Source: Stellaceae bacterium (lineage in GTDB: Bacteria > Pseudomonadota > Alphaproteobacteria > ATCC43930 > CGMCC-115725). Taken from it: a stretch of DNA of 25,002 nt. The DNA is taken from contig DATNMV010000182.1 of the NCBI GenBank assembly GCA_035602175.1, positions 1 to 25,002 of the forward strand, given 5' to 3'. The notes under the pieces are model-generated. The model was not told where the DNA came from. It worked only from the letters and a program-made list of their open reading frames with translations, and ran no database searches. A program made the position numbers and the translations under genes. Every line of letters begins with the position of its first letter. The stretch's first letter is position 1. Of the stretch, positions 18,299-25,002 are shown piece by piece.

Positions 18299-19345
18299 TC
18301 ACCACACCGAGGTGCCGTAGATCAACTCATGCAGCCCGTAATAAGCCACGAGATAGAAGGCCAACGCCGCGATATAGCCCACCGGCGCCAGCAGGGGCGG
18401 GTGTTGTTCGTCCGGCTTGTCGTCGGCAACGATGCCGAACAGGATCACGATGATCATGAGATGACCGACCGCGTCGATCTTGCCGAAATCCAGGATAGCG
18501 CTGATGAACATGAAGGCCAGCACGAGCGCCCCCGAACGGCGCACCAGCGGCGTCCACAGCAGCGAAAAGGCCAGGCTGAATTCGAGTACGCCGGCCGCGA
18601 TCATGTAGAAGGTCGGATCGAGGTGGAAGGCGATCTCGGGACGGGACTGCAATAGCGGATAGGTCCAATCCGGATAGGCCCATTTCTCGACCGACGCCCA
18701 CATCAGCGTCAGCGAAGCGGCCCAGCGCGCGACGTCGAGCGGACGCAAATCGAACAGCTTGAGATCGAGCCCGGTCAGGCCGAGATAGGCCGCCAAACCC
18801 AGGAAAATCGGGTAATCCAGCATGTGGTAGATGCCGTAGGTGGCGACGCCGTAGGCATAAAGGAAGGCGATGCCCAGGGCTGAAAAAATCATGGTCCGGC
18901 GCCAGAACATGCCGACCACGATTCCGGCTTCGAGCCAGGGTATGACCGACCACTCGGTCTTGAGCTCCGGCGTTAAAATGATGCCGCCCAACGCAAAAAG
19001 CGCGGTGAAGAACACCGCCGTGCCGCCGCGGTAAAGCGCTTCGGCGCGTGGCCGGAGATCCGCGGTCATGTCCTCGATCGAGCGCAAGATGATTTCGCCG
19101 AGCCTGATCCGCTCCACATAGCTCAACAGCCAGAGCAGGACCGCCGCGGTGGCGGTGAGCTGCCAAAAGACGGGGTTCAAGACCTGTCTCAGAGGCAGCT
19201 GCTGCTGCTCTATGTCGTAATGGGCGAACCATTTGACGTGGGCGAACGCTTCCACCGGCATGACCACTGCCAGCACCAGGTACGACAGCATGGTCGCGAC
19301 AGCGACATGTCCCCAAACACGCCAATTTCTCAGATTTAACGCCAC
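18299..19345 (-). CDS. DoxX-like polytopic membrane protein (HVKWF type)
   Basis: About 8-9 hydrophobic segments. AFA-HVKWF after a signal-like helix, WASVEKW.YP and FGKIDAVGH motifs. GTG at 19345 follows a G-rich SD-like tract; the track start is 19390. Confidence 0.7.
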   Translation of the reverse strand: MALNLRNWRVWGHVAVATMLSYLVLAVVMPVEAFAHVKWFAHYDIEQQQLPLRQVLNPVFWQLTATAAVLLWLLSYVERIRLGEIILRSIEDMTADLRPRAEALYRGGTAVFFTALFALGGIILTPELKTEWSVIPWLEAGIVVGMFWRRTMIFSALGIAFLYAYGVATYGIYHMLDYPIFLGLAAYLGLTGLDLKLFDLRPLDVARWAASLTLMWASVEKWAYPDWTYPLLQSRPEIAFHLDPTFYMIAAGVLEFSLAFSLLWTPLVRRSGALVLAFMFISAILDFGKIDAVGHLMIIVILFGIVADDKPDEQHPPLLAPVGYIAALAFYLVAYYGLHELIYGTSVW

Positions 19346-19503
19346 GCCCCCGCCTCTCCAATGCTCGCCGCTTTCCGGCGATGAATTCAAATCATCTTAA
19401 ATTTTAGTGAATGTTTTTGGACATGCCCCTACCAGGCCCCGCAACCAAATCTTTACTTCGCCATGGGATAAGGGACGGGCCAGTTCGGCAAACGGAGGCG
19501 GCG

Positions 19504-19662
19504 GTGTTCTTCATTCTGGGCGCGATCGGCTTGATCCTCGGCAGTGCTACCGCCCTGATCGCGGAACGTTTTCCGTTGCATCAGGCGCGGATCGAGCAAT
19601 GGGGCGGCAATCTGTTCGTCGGCAGCCTGGCGCTGCTCGGCTTCGGTTTTCCGATCATCTGA
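19504..19662 (+). CDS. 52-aa small membrane protein with two TM helices
   Basis: GGAGG at 19494-19498, then GTG at 19504: MFFILGAIGLILGSATALIAERFPLHQARIEQWGGNLFVGSLALLGFGFPII*. Third codon positions are mostly G/C. The track extends it to 19411. Confidence 0.55.
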   Translation: MFFILGAIGLILGSATALIAERFPLHQARIEQWGGNLFVGSLALLGFGFPII

Positions 19663-19974
19663 TTCCGGCCGCGCTTCGATACGCGCCCGCTTCCTCATCA
19701 CCAGAACCGAATAATCCATCTGGACTCCCCTCTCGGCCCCTCAAAACCCGGTTTCGGCGGCTTGTCCCCATCGTCTGAATCCAAGCTTAATCAGCAATTT
19801 ACCATAACATGGTGAGTCTTGACAAAAGGAACATTCGTTAACCTTTTGTTCTCATGATCTCAACTTGTCACCGGTTAAACCGGAAACGGCTGCAGCCAGG
19901 GTTGACGTCCAGCCGAACCCGCCGGGCGTGACAATTTTTCAGCTAATTCCAAGGGTTAGAGAGAAAGCCCGGCC

Positions 19975-21121
19975 CTATTCCGCCTTGGCTTCTTTGCGGT
20001 TGATGGCATCGGCACCCTTGATGCGAGCGGCGAGCGAGGCTTCGAGAAAGCGGTCGAGACCGCCATCGAGCACCGCACCGGTATTGCCGGTTTCGACCCC
20101 GGTGCGTAGATCTTTGACCATCTGATAGGGCTGCAGCACGTAAGAGCGAATCTGGTGCCCCCAGCCGATATCGGTCTTGGTGGCGTTCATGGCATCGGTC
20201 TGGGCTTCCCGTCTCTGCAATTCGTTCTCGTAGAGCCGCGCCTTGAGCATGGCGGTGGCCTTGGCGCGATTCTGGTGCTGCGAGCGCTCGCTTTGGCAGG
20301 CCACCACCACGGGATCGCTGCCCGGCGGCTGATAGGTCATGCGCACGGCGCTGTCGGTCTTGTTGACGTGCTGACCCCCCGCCCCCGACGAGCGATACGT
20401 GTCGACGCGCAGATACTTGTCGATGATTTCGATTTCGATCTTGTCGTCCACCACCGGATAGACCCAGACCGAGGCGAAACTGGTCTGCCGCCGCGCATTC
20501 GCATCGAAAGGCGAAATCCGCACCAGACGGTGGACGCCGCTTTCGGTCTTGAGCCAGCCATAGGCGTTCTCGCCCATGACCTTGATGGTGGCCGATTTGA
20601 TACCGGCGCCTTCGCCGGCGCTTTCCTCGATCCATTCGATTTTGTAGCCGTGCTGCTCGGCCCAGCGCATATACATGCGCAAGAGCATCTCGGCCCAATC
20701 CTGCGCCTCGGTGCCCCCGGCGCCGGGATGAACCTCGACATAGGCATCGTTGGCGTCGGCCTCGCCGGAAAGCAGGCTTTCGATCTCGCGCGCCTTGACC
20801 TCGTCGCGGAGCTTTTCGAGCGCCTTCTGCGCCTCGTTCAGCGTGGCATTGTCGCCCTCGGCCTCGGCCATATTGGCCAGTTCCAGCGTGTCCTCGAGCT
20901 CGCGCTCGATGCGCTTGTAGCCGCCGACTCCCTTTTCGAGGTGGGTGCGCTCGCGCATGAGCGATTGCGCACGCGTGGAATCGTTCCAGAAATCGGGGGC
21001 TTCGACGAGTCGGTTCAGTTCATCGAGCCGGCTGGTCGATTTATCCCAGTCAAAGATGCCTCCGCAGCAACGCCATGGAGCGCCGAATCTCGACCGCCAT
21101 CGTATCTATCTCGGCACGCAT
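19975..21121 (-). CDS. prfB: Peptide chain release factor 2, translated through a programmed +1 frameshift (about 381 aa)
   Basis: ORF0 from ATG 21121 is MRAEIDTMAVEIRRSMALLRRHL*. The +1 frame continues DWDKSTSRLDELN...FWND into the track ORF 19975..20958. GGQ (GAGGQHVN) and SPF motifs are present. Confidence 0.97.
21049..21063 (-). other. prfB programmed +1 ribosomal frameshift cassette
   Basis: Minus strand reads GGAGG-cat-CTT-TGA-C: internal SD 3 nt before the slippery CTT codon (21055-21053), with the UGA stop at 21052-21050. Confidence 0.95.
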
Positions 21122-21159
21122 GCCTCAACCCTCGCCAATTCCGGACGACCGAAACCGGA

Positions 21160-23682
21160 TCAGTATAAGCCGCCGGTGCCGCTCGAGGGAGCGGTTTGCG
21201 GGCCGCTGTCGTCGGTATTGGATGCGCCAACGCCGGGAACGATGTCGCCGGCGCCCAGCGTAATGCCGTTGCCGTTCACCACCTGGCTAGGCTGGCCGTT
21301 CGGCTCGGTACCGGGCTTGAACGCCTCGTAGATCACGTCCCGGTCGCCGGGCTTGGCGAGCTGCCCGGTCTTGGCGCTGACCCGCACAAGGCGGATGCCG
21401 GACGGAATGCGGAAAGGAATCGCCGGCTTGTCCTTCAGCGCCGTCATCATGAAATCGCGGAAGGCCGGCGCCGAAACCATCGCGCCGGTCTCGTGCTTGC
21501 CGAGGCTTCTGGGCTGATCGAAGCCGATATAGACGCCGGCGGCGAGGTCGGGCGAGAAGCCCATGAACCAGGTGTCGTCGGAATCGTTGGTGGTGCCGGT
21601 CTTGCCGGCGAGCGGCTTGCCCACGGCGCTGACGATGCGGCCGGTGCCGCGCTGCACCACGCCTTCGAGCATGGAAACGATCTGGTAGGCGCTGCGTTCA
21701 TCGGCGATCTGCTCGCGCGTGTCCGGCAGATCAGGCGGCGCCTGGCTGCTCCATTCGACGCCGTTGCATTGGTCGCAAGGGCGGTCATCGGCGCGATAGA
21801 TGGTGTGGCCGTTGCGGTCCTGCACCCGGTCGATGAAGGTGGGGTGGATGCGCTTGCCGCCATTGACCAGCATCGAATAGGCGGTCATCAGCCGGAGCGG
21901 CGTGGTCTCGCCCGCGCCCAGGATGAACGCATTCTCCAACGGCATGTTGTCGAGGATGCCGAAGCGTTCGACATATTGCTTGACCACGTCGAGGCCGATG
22001 GTGGTGCCGACCCGGGCGGTGACCAGGTTGAGGGATTCCTCCATGCCGATCCGCAACGGCACCGGCCCGTAGAATTGATGTTCGTAGTTGGTCGGATTCC
22101 ATTTCGGCAATCCCGGTCCTTGATCGACCACGAACGGCGCATCCAGCACCAGCGTCGAGGGCGTGAAGCCGTGGTCGAGCGCGGCGAGATAGATGAAGGG
22201 CTTGATCGCCGAACCGGTTTGGCGCTTGGCCTGGTTGGCGCGATCGAACTGGCTGATCTCGTAGCTGAAGCCGCCGGTCATGGCGAGCACGCGTCCGGTA
22301 TGCGGGTCCATCACGACCATCGCGCCCGACACCGCCGGAATCTGCCTGAGCGCATAGCTGCCGTCGCCCTCCTTGGCCAAGGGGCCGTCGAGCCGCTCGA
22401 CCAGCACGACGTCGCCCGGACTGAGCGCATCGGCGGGCTTGGTCACGCTAGGACCGAGACTGTCGTCGCTGAGTTTCTTGCGCGCCCAGCGCATGTCATC
22501 CAAGGCAATCCTGCCGTGCCGTCCGTCGGCGAGACCGATCGCGGCGCCGTCCGATGGCGTCGCCAGCACGGCGGCGGTCGTCCAGCCGGCATCGGCCGCG
22601 CCCGGCACGGCGGGCAAGGATGCGAGCTGCGCGCGCCAGTCGCCGCCGGCATCGACATGCGCCACCGCGCCGCGATAGCCGTGGCGCCGGTCATAGGCGA
22701 TGAGCGCGCCGCGCAGCGATTTCTCCGCCAGCGTCTCATAGGCCGGATCGAGACTGGTGCGGACCGACAACCCGCCTTCGTACAGCATCTTGTCGCCGTA
22801 GCGGGCCGAAAGCTCGCGCCGCACCTCTTCGGTGAAATAATCGGCCCGCGCCGTCTGGGTGACGTCACGATGATGGAGGACGATGGGTTTCGCCTTGGCG
22901 TCGGCCGCCTGCTGGTCGGTGATGTAGCCGTCCTCGAGCATGCGGTCGATCACGTAATCGCGGCGCTCCTTGGCGGCCTCGGGAAAGCGCTCCGGGTTGT
23001 AGTTGTTGGGCGCCTTGGGCAGCGCAGCCAAAAACGCCGCCTCTTCGACGGTCAATTCGTCGAGCGATTTGCCGAAATAGTTGATCGCCGCGGCCGCGAC
23101 GCCGTAGGTGCCGCCGCCGAGATAGATTTCGTTCAGGTAAAGCTCGAGGATGTGATCCTTGCTCAGCGCCTGTTCCATGCGTATGGCGATCAAGGCTTCC
23201 TTGATCTTACGCGTGAGCGAGACCTCGTTGTTCAAGAGGAAGTTCTTGGCCACCTGTTGGGTGATGGTCGAGGCGCCCACCGGCCGGCGATTGCTGCCGA
23301 GACGGAAGAGATCGGTCAATGCCGCGCGCGCCATCGACATCGGGTCGATGCCGGAATGGGTATAGAAATTGCGATCCTCGGCGGCGACGAAGGCATGGGT
23401 CACCAGCGGCGGCATCGCGCTCACCGGCACGAAGATGCGCTTCTCGGTGGCGTATTCGGCCAGCAGCCTGCCGTCGCCGGCATGAATGCGCGTGACGACG
23501 GGCGGCTGGTAATCGGCCAATTGGCTGTAATCCGGCAATTCGCGCCCGAAATACCACACTGTCAGCGCGGCGAACCCCGCCGCGGCCAGCCCGCCGAACA
23601 GCAGAAAGACGAACAAGACCTTCAACAGAAATCTGATCGGTCTTCGCTTTCTTGGCGGCTCACTTGGCGGCTCAAATGTCAT
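21160..23682 (-). CDS. mrcA: Penicillin-binding protein 1A (class A, transglycosylase plus transpeptidase)
   Basis: N-terminal TM. GT51 motifs EDRNFYTHSGID and GASTITQQVAKN, OB-like insert, TP motifs SAIK (SxxK), SLN (SxN) and KTGT. Confidence 0.95.
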   Translation of the reverse strand: MTFEPPSEPPRKRRPIRFLLKVLFVFLLFGGLAAAGFAALTVWYFGRELPDYSQLADYQPPVVTRIHAGDGRLLAEYATEKRIFVPVSAMPPLVTHAFVAAEDRNFYTHSGIDPMSMARAALTDLFRLGSNRRPVGASTITQQVAKNFLLNNEVSLTRKIKEALIAIRMEQALSKDHILELYLNEIYLGGGTYGVAAAAINYFGKSLDELTVEEAAFLAALPKAPNNYNPERFPEAAKERRDYVIDRMLEDGYITDQQAADAKAKPIVLHHRDVTQTARADYFTEEVRRELSARYGDKMLYEGGLSVRTSLDPAYETLAEKSLRGALIAYDRRHGYRGAVAHVDAGGDWRAQLASLPAVPGAADAGWTTAAVLATPSDGAAIGLADGRHGRIALDDMRWARKKLSDDSLGPSVTKPADALSPGDVVLVERLDGPLAKEGDGSYALRQIPAVSGAMVVMDPHTGRVLAMTGGFSYEISQFDRANQAKRQTGSAIKPFIYLAALDHGFTPSTLVLDAPFVVDQGPGLPKWNPTNYEHQFYGPVPLRIGMEESLNLVTARVGTTIGLDVVKQYVERFGILDNMPLENAFILGAGETTPLRLMTAYSMLVNGGKRIHPTFIDRVQDRNGHTIYRADDRPCDQCNGVEWSSQAPPDLPDTREQIADERSAYQIVSMLEGVVQRGTGRIVSAVGKPLAGKTGTTNDSDDTWFMGFSPDLAAGVYIGFDQPRSLGKHETGAMVSAPAFRDFMMTALKDKPAIPFRIPSGIRLVRVSAKTGQLAKPGDRDVIYEAFKPGTEPNGQPSQVVNGNGITLGAGDIVPGVGASNTDDSGPQTAPSSGTGGLY

Positions 23683-23863
23683 GGCCTGGTCCGGATAGGC
23701 GCCTGCGACTCGTTTATCGGCGCCGCTTCAACCTTATCATAGGCATGGTGCGCCGGCTTTATGACCCCTGCAAGCCGGGTTAACAAGCGTTTCCAGGCAT
23801 TGGCGGCCGGCTCCCGGCCCTTCACAATCGCGGGAACTGCGTCAGAGCGCCGCAGGAACCGGT

Positions 23864-23872
23864 TGTGGATAA
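23864..23872. promoter_or_regulatory. Perfect DnaA box
   Basis: TGTGGATAA is the reverse complement of the consensus TTATCCACA, and lies in the mrcA-rne divergent spacer. It is a single site, so function is unproven. Confidence 0.45.
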
Positions 23873-24224
23873 GGGCGGCAATCTGTATTCTGACTGCGCG
23901 AAATACTGCGGTCTGCACACTCCGGCACGGGGCCGGAGCAGCGACGAAGCGGCGATATTGCAGGCGAGGATGTCCCCATCGATTTTGGCGCGGCATCGGC
24001 GCTTTCCCGCCGGGACGTTAACGATCACGCGGTTTGATGAAACCCCGAAGCCTGACCCGGCCTGTGCCGGTATGCGGCAGCCCTGAAAAAGAGCCCTGAA
24101 ATGATTCTTGCTCTTGTCCGGTCCGATCTTTCGACCGGGGGCGCCGTCGGCTTCGCCTCAACCAACATGACGCCGCCGCCCGTCCTTCGCGCGGGCGAAT
24201 GCGCGCGCCACGGAGTTAACCAGC

Positions 24225-25002
24225 ATGACCAAGCGCATGCTTATCGACGCAGCCCACCCGGAAGAGACCCGGGTGGTGGTGCTCGACGGCACTCGTCTCA
24301 TCGAATTCGACTACGAGACGTCCACCAAGAAGCAGATCAAGGGTAACATCTATCTCGCCAAGGTGACGCGGGTGGAGCCGTCGCTCCAGGCCGCCTTCGT
24401 CGAGTATGGCGGAAACCGTCACGGCTTTCTCGCCTTCAACGAGATCCATCCCGACTATTACCGCATCCCGGTCGCTGACCGCGAGGCCGCGCTCGAAGCC
24501 GACCGCGAAGCCGAAGCCGACGCCAATGCGCGCGAAGCCGAGCGCGAGGAGACCGGCGGCGAGTTTCTCGCCGAGACCATGGCGCATGACGCGCCGGCGG
24601 AGGAGATGCACGGGCCGCCGACGGAGCAGCCCGAATTCCACGCCGACGAAACCGAGCCGCCCGACGAGCCGGATTTCCACGCCTCATCCGTGGATTCTTC
24701 TGCCGGGCCCGCGTCGGAAGCCGGGCACGAAACCGAACATGCCGACATCCAGTCCGACGCCGCGGCGCCGGCCGAGGGCGAGGTTCATCCCGCCGCGTCC
24801 GGCGAGATCGTTCCCGCGACCGGCGAAGGTACCTGGAACAACGGCGCCGCCGACGGCACGCAGCCGTCCCAGCCGCCGACCCCCGTCGAGACGGTCGGCG
24901 GCGACGAGATGGAGGAGACACGCCGCCCGGTGCGGCGGCCGCAGCGGCACTATAAAATCCAAGAGGTGATCAAGCGCCGCCAGATCATGCTGGTGCAAGT
25001 CA
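24225..25002 (+). CDS. rne: Ribonuclease E (Rne/Rng family), N-terminal part, running off the window; absent from the ORF track
   Basis: Read by hand: MTKRMLIDAAHPEETRVVVLDG...IKGNIYLAKVTRVEPSLQAAFVEYGGNRHGFLAFNEIHPDYY, then an acidic insert, then HYKIQEVIKRRQIMLVQV. GGAG SD at 24212-24215. Confidence 0.96.
   Translation, partial: MTKRMLIDAAHPEETRVVVLDGTRLIEFDYETSTKKQIKGNIYLAKVTRVEPSLQAAFVEYGGNRHGFLAFNEIHPDYYRIPVADREAALEADREAEADANAREAEREETGGEFLAETMAHDAPAEEMHGPPTEQPEFHADETEPPDEPDFHASSVDSSAGPASEAGHETEHADIQSDAAAPAEGEVHPAASGEIVPATGEGTWNNGAADGTQPSQPPTPVETVGGDEMEETRRPVRRPQRHYKIQEVIKRRQIMLVQV

Noticed and set aside
19453-19719. 88-aa minus-strand ORF with an SD-like GAGGGGAG upstream
   Set aside because: Its D/E/Q/K-rich middle is the in-register antisense image of the hydrophobic plus-strand 52-aa gene, which has better protein-like features. 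Not fully excluded without Ribo-seq.
20958-21121. prfB as a frameshifted pseudogene
   Set aside because: The break is the canonical programmed +1 frameshift site.
23651-23674. Perfect 12-bp tandem duplication CTTGGCGGCTCA x2
   Set aside because: In frame, encoding EPPS-EPPR in the cytoplasmic tail of PBP1A. Two copies only, so not a phase-variation tract or array.
23780-23794. TTAA-N7-TTCC as a CtrA site upstream of mrcA
   Set aside because: Two mismatches and isolated; too weak to call.
23679-23996. 105-aa ORF upstream of mrcA as a possible amiC remnant
   Set aside because: No amidase (Zn-binding His/Glu) or AMIN motifs and no signal peptide; the composition looks non-coding.
1-25002. CRISPR arrays, tRNA/rRNA genes, IS elements, integrases, prophage genes
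   Set aside because: No regularly spaced repeats, cloverleaf signatures, terminal inverted repeats or matching ORFs were seen by eye.

Overview
High-GC alphaproteobacterial chromosome segment (Rhodospirillales-like by gene content and order). Left arm: 3' part of a CHAT (caspase-like) protein, then a coupled operon of an orphan ABC solute-binding protein, an MmgE/PrpD-family enzyme and an atypical SDR. Housekeeping genes follow (anmK, tyrS, a YhdP/AsmA-like protein, glnE, bcp). Right arm: prfB with an intact programmed +1 frameshift, PBP1A and the 5' part of rne. Between bcp and prfB (about 13.7-19.97 kb) is a partly AT-richer accessory block with no integrase or IS. It encodes a 55-aa protein missed by the ORF track, a lipoprotein, a type-1 copper cupredoxin, a membrane-anchored MauG-like di-heme enzyme with unusual substitutions, an orphan 4HB-HAMP-PAS histidine kinase, a DoxX-like membrane protein with a predicted N-terminal His, and a 52-aa two-TM protein. 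Its spacers are dense in CtrA-like TTAA-N7-TTAA boxes and GANTC sites. This copper/heme redox and signalling block is the best candidate for an undescribed system. No CRISPR array, tRNA, rRNA or mobile element was seen. All family calls are from motif recognition by eye; no database was searched.
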